A model generated the notes under the pieces. It saw only the letters and a program-made list of their open reading frames with translations. It was not told the origin of the DNA and did not search any database. A stretch of 64,000 bases of DNA. It comes from Styela clava. Taxonomy: Eukaryota. The position numbers were made by a program, and so were the translations under genes. This document shows, one piece after another, positions 40,801 through 53,439 of the stretch (position 1 is its first letter; every line of letters starts with the position of its first letter). The stretch covers positions 10,664,001 through 10,728,000 of the forward strand of contig NC_135262.1 of NCBI RefSeq assembly GCF_964204865.1. The letters are read 5' to 3'.

Positions 40801-43800
40801 AGGATATACGCCATACGGTAATTCCTCTTTTATAGAGTACTGGAAACCGTGGAAAAACTCATTTTACTGGAATCTACTCGACACAAGGTTTCAAATAAGC
40901 AGACAAATGATAATTATAAAAGTAATACTACATCAAAACTGCAAAAGTAACAAGGGAACACTAAAACGCCAAAAAGCCATTTACTACTGTATAAATGAAA
41001 CTAATGTTATATTTCATATAACATAGGCATTCTGCACAATAAACCAATTTCCGATTTTTAGTATTGAAAAAATAGTGATAAGAATGTGTAATAATATCAA
41101 TCAATTCGCATAGGAACATTTAGACCAGTGTTTTCCAACCCATGGGGTCGCGACCTAAAACTGGGTCACCTAAAAATCTTCTTCGGTGGTGGTTTGTTGT
41201 TTCGACAAGCGCTTAAAATTTATTGATTGTTTTCTAGTCATATTTTGGAAGTATAACAGCTTAAAATCTCGGCAGCATCTATTTTGCTTATGAGAACCCA
41301 CCCACGTTTTCAAAAACTTAAATGGCAAACACGCAGCTTTCTTACTAGTGCAACTTTGAATTAACTTTTGTTGGAAAAATGATATGGAAAATATAACTAT
41401 TTTATATTACTCATTTAATTTTGCAGCCATAAAAACATGAGATGCCATTCAGTATGTGAATATATCCTTGGGTAGCGATTTTTACAAAATTTATTTTATG
41501 AAAAATTCGGGTCGCTTGATAAAAAGGCTGGAAATCACTGCATTAGACTATTTAATGCATGCACATATATAATACAAGTTACTTAGAAATGTTGAAATTT
41601 AATAATAATAACAATATATTTTAATGATCCACCATAATGTTTCAATTTCAAGTCCAAAATTTGAATTTCATAAACGGTTTATTAATAAAATACCAGTACC
41701 CTATGCAAAAAAATATAGAGTGTGAAATATGTATTGTTACTTTGTCAGTGGCACAACTTTAATCAATCATAAGGTCAGGAAAGGCACTATTTCCCTATTA
41801 ACAGACTTACTTCCTGCATATGAGAGATACAATGCCCAAATAAAAAATGAAGAATTGATTGCATTTAGAATGTTTTTTCAGAAACTGAAGGAACAATGTA
41901 AGAAATATATATCGAATGTTGAACTTATTATTAATAAAAAAAAATGTTTGGTAAATATTTACTTAAATTAGTTTATTATGCCTTAACAAAATTCGGTACT
42001 ACCGTGGTGTGTACCAGGTTAGGTTTAGGCCATAATTTTAATCCAATTTCCTTATTTTAGTTCTATTACGAGTTCGGGGACTGTCTGTGTTAGCCAAGTG
42101 AATATACCCCCTGCCCATAGGTTTCAGTCCTCTTACACAACTTGATGTAAAGTAGGCGAACAAAATTAGTTACTTCCATATTGGTAGGTACACACACTTC
42201 TGGAGCGCCATTACATCAGCTTCAAAATTGAAGAATTTAAATGTTTATAGTGAGGCCATAAATAAAATAGAAAATTCAAATAGTTTGGAAAAGTGTCTAT
42301 ATTTAATATTTTGAATTCTCCATTTCAGTAATAATATAGAATAGTTTTAATAATAAATTATAATTTTGAGCCATTGAAGACTTACAGTATGACCAAAAAG
42401 TTTCATTTAATTAATAAAATCTTAACCGTCCTAAATTTCAAAATTCAAATTCACTGGATAAACATTTTGTGTTTATGTATTTGATGTTGACCATGATCCA
42501 ATTTATAATTCATTGGAATTCACCATATTTGAAATAAAATTCTATAATGTATTCAGGATAGTAGATTCATCCTTGGGCCATCCTTGTACTTTTCTATATG
42601 AACAAGTCACTAAAAGTTGGGTCTGGTTCAACTTACTTTACCGGCTTTGGTAAGACAGGCAATGGTAGGAATGCGTCGAGGGAATTAACATTGGACTAGT
42701 GACATCAACTTTATGTTAGTATACCGGTAGTCGACATATAATAAAATGAATTAAATAACTAACTAGGCTGTTAATAAACTACAAAAGTACATAGGATTCA
42801 TTACAGCATGATACATGTAAATGCTCTGATAAAGTCTTCGAATGAGACCCACGGTAAAATTATTCGAAAATCATATACAAATCATTTCAAAGATTTTTCA
42901 AAAAAACGTAACTTTTGTGTAGAGCGTCCCATATTATTGAAACTCCGGGGTACAATTATACACAAACAGAATTTCAAGTGGTAAAAAAATTTCCTTCATT
43001 TTCGTAGAAGAATTTTATCTATTTTTTCATCGGATCCACCTTGTATTTGGTCATAAATACTGAACAAAATATAGGCTAATCTTCTTTTCGTCAATATATT
43101 GATTTATAACACCATTCCATCTTGTAGATGACAGAGTAAGGAATTAGATTGTATCAGACAAAAGGAAAACAGAAACCTAATCAATAAATGATCAATACAG
43201 TGATAAAACAACACCCGTCTTATGAAGAATACCACTCTCACAAGATGAGGTATAACCTTACCAGCATGTTTAACATTTAGCAGTCGCAATGCATATATCA
43301 TAGAAACATAGCATTTTACACAAATTTTAAAAATGCTTCAAATTATGGTGAAAATAATCCAAGCTGATGGAAAACTTGATAATTGATGCTGTGGTAATTC
43401 CGTAGCTTATGTCACCTTTTCCAAAAAAAAATTTCTTTTGTCTTCTATCAATATGGAGCAGGGACCATTTTTTGGTGTGAGTTTCAAAGTTGTGCCTGTT
43501 TTGGTTTTTCTTTTAGGTAGTGCCTCATGCTCACTTTTAGATTAGGCTGTACGTGTACAGATTTAATATCTACTCAAGTATAATTTTCTCAAACCCCGTT
43601 AATAAAGATGTGACATAAGCTAATTTGGTTCCAATGAGGTGATATAAAACAACGTTGCGCCCAGCTCTTACCACCGTCACAAAATACCTACCAGTATATC
43701 AAAATTTGCTATATTATAATAATAATATATGAAATTTGCCGAGTCAGCTGATGGAGTAAATTATAAAATTAAATCGCATTCAGAAATGAATATCCATGGT

Positions 43801-46800
43801 ATTAAAACCTAGAAAAAAATGACAAAGCCCTTTTAACATTGTTCACACCCCTATAACCATGAATTCCAGTACTAGAACTAAATATAACCACAAAATCAAT
43901 CATTGAATAATCAATAATTCAAATGTTACTCACAATTTATATTGTTCCATTTTGGTTGGTAAAGAATTAAGAATACTGTTATGCCAAAACAAGATTGGCA
44001 AGATATTTTCTAATTTTGCAACTGAGGGGTGATAAATATACAAAGAGGCATGAGAGGCTAATTCATTAAAACGAAAAGTGACTCTTTCATTAATATAAAC
44101 TAATAAACACATTCTTTGAACATGATTGATTTCAGTTTTTGATATAAGTTTGCAATGTATAACAGAAGCTATCATTTAGACATAATGTCATTGCAAGAGC
44201 GAGAATTTCAAGTCGAGCTCCATTTACTTTCAACTTACAAACCGTACACAGAGTGAACAAACACATATGAAATGCATAGAAACTAACAGTTGATTGGGGG
44301 AAAGGAAATTGCAAAAAATCAAACATGATTTTCTACTGCAGCAGCAAATTTTGGATCAGCATTTTTCTGATTTGGCATTGCCTACCCAATTTATTACATC
44401 CTGGAGGAGGTGACGGACGTGGAATTTGAACCAGAGTTTTTTACTCCCCTGTGCCATCATAGTTAAGTGTAACACTTTAACAATCAGGCCACTGCACTCA
44501 TGAAAATCTTTATTCATAGGAAATATTCCATCAGTGACAAGCAAACAATATAATTTTTGAATGCTCATCTACACAGTCTTACTTGCTGTGATATACGAGT
44601 AATTCATTCATTAGTTAATTGCCTTTTACCTGTTGCTTATCAACTTGTCCCTATATTGCCATAGAGTTTGAATTAAGAGAACAAGAAATATTCAGGTTTA
44701 TTAATATTGCAGCACTAAAAACTAGGTACATTATTAAAGTATTCATAATTTTTTACCTGCGATCTGCTTTGAAAATGGATCTTTATCGACGCTTGTAACT
44801 TCCGTCGTAATTTCTGGTTTCGTTAAAATACCGTTTTGTTCTGAAGCGATTTTCTTTTTCTGCTGGGAAGTTTCTTTGGGTGAGGGATGATGATTCGATT
44901 TACTTCCCGCCACAGCCCCGGATGAGAAAGATACAGTTTTGACTGGTTTTATGTTTGTGGATGCACTACTACTCCCGGAAAATAATGCAGCCCATGTTGC
45001 AGGCTTTTGTTTTTGATCTTTAATATCAGAGTGACTAGCGGCGCTTTGATTTGATTCTGATGAAGAATTTGCATTAGTATCGTCAAGTTCGATTTCTTTT
45101 GCATCGTTCTCATGCGTGATTAAATTTTTTGCAGAATTAACTTGACCGTTTATACTTAATGATTCTGTGTTGTGACTAAGATTATCTATATCCAAATGTC
45201 CGTTAGTAGATTCTATATTATTCGGAAGATGATTTGACAAGTCTACTTGAGCATTTTCAGAAAAAGCGTCTGAATTTTGTTCTGTCAAGTTATTAAAACT
45301 ACTATTATCTTGAAGTTCTGTTTGTTGATCATTGCCGTTGATTGTAACTTCATTGTGATGCATTGTTAAATCATTTTTTCTTAAATGATCGACGTCTGAT
45401 GATGTTTTATGTTCATTTGGCATATGGTTCTGATTTTCATCTCTCAGTATATCAATTTTATTGTTGCATGCATCGTACGGTACATCTCTCGTTATGTCCC
45501 CATTTTGATATACTCCGAATATGTCCGCTAAAAAGGAACGAAAAGCATTACCAAAAGTAGAAATAGTCTTGGAATAAGAGCCCTAACTGAAAAATCAAAA
45601 AAAAAATATTATCAAGCAAATTGGTCCAAGTCTATACCAAAAGAGGCATCCAATTAGAGATGTACCGATGTATCGGGTATCAGCAATATCGGCGATGTAT
45701 CGGTATCGATGAGATTAAGGCCGATATTTCCGATATATTCACCTTTTTGATATGGTCCAGAATGTTTTGAAAGATACGTTGGAATACTACTTTTTAATTT
45801 ATTTTTTGTCTGGAGAGATCGTGAGCTACCCCCGCGAGAGAATAGGATTCACGTGTTTTTAGCTATTTATCAGCCAAACTAGCTCAACTAATTAATTTGG
45901 CTATTTCCGCTGTCAAATTTTTATATTGACATTTTTAATATTACATAGTAATTATGAAAAAATATATCAACACAGCACATAACAAAAAGCAACTAGGTGC
46001 CCAGTTTTGAATCATACAGTGGAATGAATTGGGGTCCTTATTAACGGCACATGGACTTTTGGCACGGGTATAAATTCTGACTGTTTGTCGTCAAGGACGA
46101 GTGTCATTTAGTCCGTCGACATCGATAAACTAAATTCCGACACAATTATCCATCTACGCAGGTATTAATTTTAATTTTGTTTAACTACACAATTACTTTA
46201 TAGATATATTGACATGACCGCCTAGCCCCAGACTGTCTCAAAATATATGATAGCAATTGTAAAATATTATAAAATAGTAAAGTAAAAAAACATCCTCGAC
46301 GGTTATAGGTAGGCCTTCTTCTTGTCGGTGCTGATTGATATTCTTCCATGTTGGCTTTGACTTATTGCGTCGACGATTACGATTAGCCACGAAATAAAAT
46401 ATTTGTGAAATGCTTTTAATTTGAACGTAGGCGCTAGAATGTGTGGGTGATATTCGATATTCTTTTAAACACGAATAACGATATTCGAAGGCCGCGATAT
46501 TATTAACATTAAATTCAAATTGGACATTCCGGGTTATGAGTTTTCTAATTGAACACCGAGATTACTAGCGTTACTGTACAATGTATCTTAATCAGTTAAA
46601 GCAAACACCAAACATTAACTTCATATTATGTGATATATCTTTTTTTCGATCTGAAATAATGTGTACTATGACCAACGCTCGAAGACCGTTGTTTTAACCC
46701 GTCTGCCCTATACAGCACACCTAATTAAGTAATAATTACATAGTATCGGTATCGGAATATCGGCCTTTTTGTAGTATCGGCGTATCGGTATCGGCGTTTT

Positions 46801-48664
46801 TTGCTGGTATCGGATCGGTATCGGTGACAAAAGTGGTATCGGTACTTCTCTACATCCAATTACATTGTAATATCAATAAAATAGATCACACAACAAAATC
46901 AAATTACAAAACTTTGGAAAACATCTCTTCAAATTTTGTCTTACATTACTCTAATATTTTTTATTTTAAATAAGCTCTATTTTAAATAACTCTCAAGTAA
47001 TGTAGCCAAAATGTAGACCAAAACATGAGTATAATACTATTAATGAAATATCTAATAAAAATACTTTATTTCCATAATGAAATTATGAATTTTCGCACGA
47101 ATTGAACCCCCTCAAATATGGTTTTTTGCTTCATTCAAATATTCAATTTATTGCGAAATCTCTGGGTCTACATTATTTTATTTCAATTAAAAAAAAAATA
47201 AGATCAAGAAAACGTTCACTTACGTGTTACATAATTGCATGAATTCGGAAACTGAAAAAATATTTCAATTTTGATTAGATTGATGTATGCCAATATATAT
47301 ATGCCACCCAATGAGCAAGAAATAAGCCTTAAATGTGAATACCACACTTTATACATTCTTCATACCATACAACTGAATTAGGGTATTTTGTTTCAATACC
47401 AAGATTCTTATCAACAGTGAGACCTAATATGAATAAGTTATTGTGATCCACTTGTGTAGAATAGATTTATAAGAAGATACACAATGTACAAGATTCTTTT
47501 TCAGATTCTCAAATATAATACGAAGCTTCAATCAATATTACTGCCGGTATATCATAATGTAAAATATGTTGTCTGTTGAAATAGAAAACGAGAATAAAAA
47601 AATACCTCCACGCATCCAGGTTGTATTAAATAACAATTATGTTCTTCCTCTGTGAAATCCCCAAAACTGAACTAAAAATACAATTTGCACAATTCAAAAC
47701 TTCGATGATACTATAATCAAAGAAACACCCATGTCAATATTAATAGATAGGTGAAATAAGTTTGGATTGTTAAATTGCGACTTACTTTATTAACTTGCAA
47801 CAAACTGAATGCAGTCGAAACCATAGAATAGGATAGAGTTATAGAGATACCGTAATTTAAGGGCCATACAACACACTTTAAATCTTTTTTTTTCTTAAAA
47901 ATTGATCATGAATTTTATCAGCCAATGCGCCTAATGTATGGATCATGGATATTAAAACCTGTAGTGCCTCATAGTCTGATGTGCCTTATGTATGAAAAAG
48001 TACCCAATCTAAGCAATTTATAGACAGTGCGCTTTATGATCTGTAAGATACGGACACAAACTCGATAATTATTTTCATACAAGAGCAAAAGTTTAAGCGA
48101 CATACTTCTATCAAATGTTTTGCATTTGTGAATACTGTTTATACGACTGTCGCGTGGGATAAAAAAATTTCCCAAAAGAATTTTGTTTCAGATATTAAAA
48201 AAATTTTTGTCAATGACTTGTAAAACATTCAGACATCGAATCCAGCTTAGACTCTGATAACAAATACTGATGACAAAAATTATGGAGTCAACAAACCAGC
48301 TTTATTTAATAGACTGTTTTGAATGCTTAGTAGAGTCAATACATTTTGAGTTAAAAGACTTCACTCATTTTATCACCATTGAAAGTCTGAAATTGTAACT
48401 CAGACTCACTCCAAATACCAGGGAATTCATAATTTTGATGAGTTAGAGAATGCGACTCTGGCTCAGACTTCAGAGAGAACATGTTAACCTTCGACCTCTT
48501 GACTCCAAAGGCCTGACTGTTGCAGTCACAGTCAATAGAGTACATCACAAATTCATGAACAATAAAACTATTATACAATTGCGGGTTACGTTCATGAAGG
48601 ACAATTTATGGTAATTTTCAAATTAAAATATATAAATTCAACTTACTCGAGGTGCTGATGCCAT
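31884..48664 (-). CDS. USP10: Ubiquitin carboxyl-terminal hydrolase 10 (USP10), 14 exons, ~708 aa
   Basis: Exons 48664-48647, 47671-47606, 47251-47224, 45527-44757, 39726-39635, 38787-38666, 38016-37875, 36927-36766, 35804-35686, 34317-34113, 33394-33250, 33140-33078, 32483-32362, 31955-31884 (2127 nt, phase-consistent). Motifs: N-terminal FGDF, TWAALF, Cys box [44 protein letters not shown], His box [34 protein letters not shown]. The N-terminal micro-exons are less certain than the catalytic-domain exons. Confidence 0.93.
34431..34693 (+). mobile_element. tRNA-derived SINE, family 1
   Basis: TGGCGCATCGTGCTAAGCA...GGTTCAAATCC...GGTTCACGTAACC...GGCTTTCCTCTCCC..GGATAAATA...CCTATCC. Confidence 0.7.
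36186..36518. mobile_element. hAT-like MITE nested in a SINE family 2 head
   Basis: CAGGGGTGTGCAAC...GGGCC ... TCGGAAACCCCTTG; the sequence on both sides continues the SINE head (...TATAAAG / TTTAAAGCATTAGAC). Confidence 0.6.
38788..39634 (-). other. U12-type (minor spliceosome) GT-AG intron in USP10
   Basis: 5' splice site GCT|GTATCCTTT. Branch site TTTCCTCAAC (38810-38801) lies about 13 nt before an AAG| acceptor with no polypyrimidine tract. Splicing joins CYINA|TLQAL in frame. Confidence 0.9.
41126..41540. mobile_element. hAT-like MITE
   Basis: TIRs CAGTGTTTTCCAACC / GGCTGGAAATCACTG, subterminal GGGTCGC motifs, and imperfect 8-bp flanks ATTTAGAC/CATTAGAC. Confidence 0.75.
41995..42210 (+). 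mobile_element. Asymmetric subfamily of the Merlin-like MITE
   Basis: GGTACT...ACCAGGTTAGGTTTAGGCC...CTGTCTGTGTTAGCCAAGTGAATATACCCCCTG...GATGTAAAGTAGGCGAAC...GGAGCGCC. Clearly similar to 62133-62353, 49832-50043 and 11880-12026. Confidence 0.8.
44375..44496 (-). mobile_element. tRNA-derived SINE, family 2
   Basis: Reverse complement: GCAGTGGCCTGATTGTTAAAGTGTT...GGTTCAAATTCCACG...TAATAAATTGGGTAGGCAATG. Confidence 0.6.
45655..46852. mobile_element. Non-autonomous hAT-like DNA transposon (~1.2 kb) in USP10 intron 3
   Basis: TIRs TAGAGATGTACCGAT / ATCGGTACTTCTCTA, perfect 8-bp TSD CATCCAAT (45647-45654, 46853-46860), and multiple subterminal GTATCG repeats at both ends. Confidence 0.9.
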
Positions 48665-49831
48665 GATCGGCAAGCTTGTGACAAATATTCTTTGAAACAA
48701 TTTCCGTACACCAAATATCTATCTATTCCCTTTACTCATTGTATCACAAAAATAATATCTACAGAAGCTATTATTTCTAAGAGAGAGACAAGATTAACAA
48801 GATATAACACGTTCCATAATTCAGATCTCATGTAGAACATTGAATGATAGTCAGAAAGATAGAATACCAATTTCTATAATCCTCAAAAGAGTTTGATAGT
48901 ATAGAAAACGAAGACCTTTCTCCTGGGTACAAAGCATGTCCATATTGGTCGTATTTATGATATTTGAAACAATACAGTAATTTTACGTATAATTGTATGA
49001 CAATGCAATAATACACAAAAGACAATATCTCAGGATTGATAATCTCAAAAAAAAAATGGCCGAGGTAAAGATGTGTGCACTGTGAGAGCAAAAATGTTCT
49101 TGAAATTCAGGTAACAGAATACGATATATATTTTATCAACACTTTATCAGTAAAACTTAATTTGTGCAAAAACAGTTTGAGGCATATTATGAAACAAAGA
49201 TTCTGAATTAAAATGAATGGCAAATATATAAATATATATCCAATATGCACCATTCTAAAATTTTTTTTTTTAGGAATACACATCTCAGGTTTAAATCCCA
49301 TCCCTCTATAGGTGGTGAAATAAATTGTGTAGGCTATGTCGAACTGGGAGGATACCAGTACGATATAAAAATAACTCCTTACAAATCTTCAGATATCAGG
49401 GGCCTTATTTAGAGAAAAGGGAATGAAGACGCATCGTTTAAAAGATACCTCATTTTTTTGTTAGTCACAACTAAAATTGAATCCATCTCTCCACTTTAAT
49501 AAATACTTGCATGGTACAATTATTTTCAGTCAAAAATTCTCTATTGTAAACGGTGAATACATTCATTACCACAGTAAGTAGTACAAATTTCACAAAAATA
49601 TTTTTGCACATGCAGCATGCATAGTTATGAACTTATGATTTTGTCTGAGCAGAAAAAAGAACAATCTTTACAGCTTACAATGCAATAAATATAGTATGAA
49701 CAATGAATGCGAACGGGCAGTGATGACTATCAGTCAGTCAGAAAGAAACCGGTAGACAATTTGAATTGCTTGGTCTAATGCTCATCCATGGTAGACGTTT
49801 GTCAACACTTGTGATACTGAGGTCTTTTTAT

Positions 49832-50043
49832 AGCGCTCCAGAAGTTTGTGTACCAATATGGGGTAACTAGTTTTGTTTGCCTACTTTACATCATGTTGTG
49901 TAAATGGACTTAAACCTATGGGCAGGGAGTATATTCACTTGGCCAACACAGACAGTCCCCAAACTCGTAATAGAACTAAAATAAGGTAAATAGGAATAAA
50001 ATTACAGCCTAACCCTAACCAGGCGCACACTAACGGCAGTACC
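49832..50043 (-). mobile_element. Asymmetric subfamily of the Merlin-like MITE
   Basis: Reverse-complement homolog of 41995-42210, with a perfect 8-bp TSD CTTTTTAT at 49824-49831 and 50044-50051. Confidence 0.8.
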
Positions 50044-50074
50044 CTTTTTATTACAAGCAAATATTAATAAATTG

Positions 50075-50283
50075 GGTACTCCGGAAGTATGCGTTTCAAG
50101 ATGGCGGACACCGGAATGTAGTATGTGTACCAGGTTAGGAATAGGCCATAATTCCAGATAAAATTTTTCTTTATTTAAGTTCTATTAGGAGTTCGAGGAC
50201 TAGAAATCATGGCCTAACCCCAACCTGCTACATATACTACGTTCCGGTGTCCTCCATCTTGATTCACATACTTCAGGAGTACC
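50075..50283. mobile_element. Palindromic MITE, same family as 16246-16481
   Basis: GGTACTCC...CAAGATGGCGGACACCGGAA...ACCAGGTTAGG / CCTAACCCCAACC...TTCCGGTGTCCTCCATCTTG...GGAGTACC. Confidence 0.8.
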
Positions 50284-51623
50284 ATATTGTAGGCGTAGCA
50301 AATGCTGGATATGGCAAACATGTGAGATTATACGCTTATAATGGCACCAGGAGCAATAATTTAAAATTGGGTTCAGCCCCAGAGAAAACACGAATCTAAT
50401 GAATACTAAATACTAATAAATTACATAAATATATGTTGTATGACATTGCAATGTTGGATTTTACTAAACATACTCAGTATGAAAATCACACAACAACAGC
50501 ATCGGGTTTCCAACCTTTAATACAGGAGGGCCAGATGGAAATAACTGGGCCGCACCTTTATTCAATATAGGTTTTCTAGTAGTTGGAGGCTTTTGGTTAT
50601 TGATCTTGTGACATGCGTTGATCGTCCCCCCCCCCCAGGGTAGAGAATTCCACCTAAATAAGTTCGCCATCAAAATTAAATATGACATCTTTTATCGATT
50701 GCGCAAAAGGTGAAGTATAGGATATTTATTTCATCGCAATTTACGGGAGATTTTTTTGGCTACTCAGAATAGAAGCTCTTTTTTATAGATTTATGACTGG
50801 CACAGTGATACAGGGTTAGAACAACATAGATTCTTTCTACAATCATTTACCAATATTCAACATATGATTGCACAATATTCTCATATTATACATAAATAAT
50901 CCAAGCAGACACAGATAAAGAAGCTAAAGCATTAGTAGAAGTGGTAAATAGCTATCAGCAGCTGACAATTTATTTCATCCTTTCTATTTTACGACAGACG
51001 GACATCAGCAGGTGCAAAATTTGCGAAAAATGTTCAGAATTTATATGTTAAATATAGCAAATTATTAGGAATTGAGCTTTCCAATATGATAAATCAGTTG
51101 CAAATATTACAAATTAAACTATTTAATTGAAATAGCTATGATTTATATTATGGCTTTATGCCTAATATATTGCAGTAAATTAAAATGATACAAATCAAAT
51201 AATATGATTTGAAGGACGAATAACCGGTTGAAAAATGTTAAAAAACGATCTTGAATATCTGAATACTTGAACAAGGATAATTTTGGAAAAGGACGGAGAA
51301 AAGTTTTCGAACAACATCAGTAGCATGATTGCTTTTTTTTGTGTAAAAAAGATGGGAAATTAAATTAGCTGATTCAATCTCAGAACTAGTTGTAACTTGG
51401 ACATGCTTTTTCATGTGTTAGCCAGTTATGTTGTGGTTAGGTTATGATGATTGACTTCAATTTATCTGCATGGAGCAAAAATCCTGCTGACACAACTAAC
51501 ACTTTTACAGCATTAAAAATACAATGGCATGATGTAATTGCAAGTAAACTAAACAACACAGATTTAGTCGAATAGAATTATGACTGTCACTACCAACAAC
51601 ATCAAATATTTTATTCTTTACAA

Positions 51624-51909
51624 CAGGGGTGTGCAACATACGTGCGGACTCAGAGTAGTGCCAATTTTAAATCGTGTACGACCTGCGAAACAAGTTTTTG
51701 ATTCAGTTTAACAGTTTTTTTTTAGAAATTTATGCATCTCAATTAACTCATCATTTCTGCAATGCATAAGATCCATAACAGAAATAAAAAAATATTTGTG
51801 CCTGCAACTATCAGAACGCCTCTGTTAAAAAGGTGCGGCTCGTGGTTTCACCCAGTTATTTGTATCTGGCCTTTCTGTATTAAAAAAGATTGCACACTCC
51901 TGCGTCCTG
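51624..51909. mobile_element. hAT-like MITE
   Basis: Ends CAGGGGTGTGCAAC / TTGCACACTCCTG(CGTCCTG), with 8-bp TSD CTTTACAA. Confidence 0.75.
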
Positions 51910-52037
51910 CTTTACAAGACCATATTCCACAAATATATACCCCATAGCACCCTCTGATAATATATGATATAGTCACCTTCTACAATACCCAGAACCTATT
52001 TCAAAACACACAAATATATATATTACCACTATTGCAT

Positions 52038-52970
52038 CTATTTGCTATACAGAACAGTAGAAAATAAAACGACTGCTGTACCTATAGTAAAAAATGGACC
52101 TGGATGAAATTCATTGAACATAAAATACGAAACTGCACTTGATATAACGATAGAAAGTGAAGCAGCAAAACTTTTAACAATATTGTCTGCATATTTGATA
52201 ACATTAGAGACAAGGAGACCGCCAACAGCATGTAATATTACAACGAACCATGTTAAATGATCGTATCCTTGAAAAATTCCATCTTTTCTAATCTCTTCAT
52301 AATTAGTAAAATACGCTGTAAGTCCACCAAAAATGGTGCCAAATAACGCCATTTGCACGTTTCTTATCCATAGACTTTGATTCGAACGCTTTAAAAGTTT
52401 TTCGAAGTAAACACCAGCGAAACCGCTACTGATACACGAACAAAAAATAGCAAATAAACCATACCAACGATAGGCAGGATCTTTTTCTTCAGAATTTTCA
52501 GGTGGGATTTGAACTAAAGCCACTCCCCCCATCAACAAAACCAAAGAAATCCATTTCAATCTGTTTAAACTTCGACCAAGCAAAAGAACAGAAAATATTG
52601 CACTGCTTAAAATCTTCAGTTGATATGTCACTTGATATGTGGGAGCGTCCAGATACGATAATGCTATAAATAATAAGTTATTCTGTATAGCATACATACC
52701 AGAAGGTATGGCAATTTTAAAAGTTTCAATTGGTCGACCGATGACTTCTCTTAATATTTCATCCACGGTAAATCGTAACGAATATCCTTTTGATTTCAAA
52801 ATCATTAAAATACAGCATAATAGTTTCACCACCTCTGCTATAACCACAACAGTACTGTTAAGAAATCGTGGCCCTTCGACAGGTCTGGTTCTGGAGTAAC
52901 GTAACGTCAAAACGAGAGTTGTTGTCTGTATGACGAGTAATACAAGTGCAATCAGCTTTTTTGAATTCAT
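52038..52970 (-). CDS. SLC35A3: Golgi nucleotide-sugar transporter, SLC35A family (most like the UDP-GlcNAc transporter SLC35A3), single coding exon, 310 aa
   Basis: Uninterrupted hydrophobic ORF with QTTTLVLTLRYSRT..EGPRF, AIPSGMYAIQNNLLFIALSYLD, YQVTYQLKIL, SSGFAGVYFEKLLK, SLWIRNVQ and KYADNIVKSFA. The family call is strong; A3 versus A2 is less certain. Confidence 0.88.
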   Translation of the reverse strand: MNSKKLIALVLLVIQTTTLVLTLRYSRTRPVEGPRFLNSTVVVIAEVVKLLCCILMILKSKGYSLRFTVDEILREVIGRPIETFKIAIPSGMYAIQNNLLFIALSYLDAPTYQVTYQLKILSSAIFSVLLLGRSLNRLKWISLVLLMGGVALVQIPPENSEEKDPAYRWYGLFAIFCSCISSGFAGVYFEKLLKRSNQSLWIRNVQMALFGTIFGGLTAYFTNYEEIRKDGIFQGYDHLTWFVVILHAVGGLLVSNVIKYADNIVKSFAASLSIVISSAVSYFMFNEFHPGPFFTIGTAVVLFSTVLYSK

Positions 52971-53439
52971 TTTTTTTTACTATGATTAACTAGAATAGTG
53001 ATTCAAATATAAAATAATATTACCAATACTTTATGCATCTGTGCAGTCTGTGTGTTATGGACAGATAAACAAAACGCCAACTGTTCAGTGAAATGAAATC
53101 AGGATTACATTTAATTTGATACAACATTCATTATTACAAAAGGAGGGAAATATTTCAATTTGTTAAGCAAACAGCTACAAGGTAGTGAACTCAACATAAC
53201 TGAAGTTCTTGAAAGAAAAACTTTTGGCATACATAGAATTTATTGTCTGGTAGGTACACAGACTGTTACCGAATTCAAGTTTACAGTCAACCAAGTTTGA
53301 TGGCTGAAAACTTTCATGCTCGCAACACATTTTGACAGAAAATTTTCGTTGTCACATTGCAAAAATAAAAACCTAATGATTGTGATGTTTATCTATAATT
53401 AGGACTGGGAATTTTAAGGAAAAAACTCCAACTGTTAAC

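Noticed and set aside
45528-45588. Upstream acceptors (45586, 45582) for USP10 exon 4
   Set aside because: 45586 gives an immediate stop or the wrong phase; 45582 fits only if the 28-nt micro-exon is skipped. The 45527 acceptor has the better pyrimidine tract and matches phase, though an alternative isoform is not excluded.
18928-52899. Antisense ORFs over real exons (e.g. 18928-19200, 24262-24468, 34120-34431, 52639-52899)
   Set aside because: These are shadow frames of the coding strand with no independent evidence.
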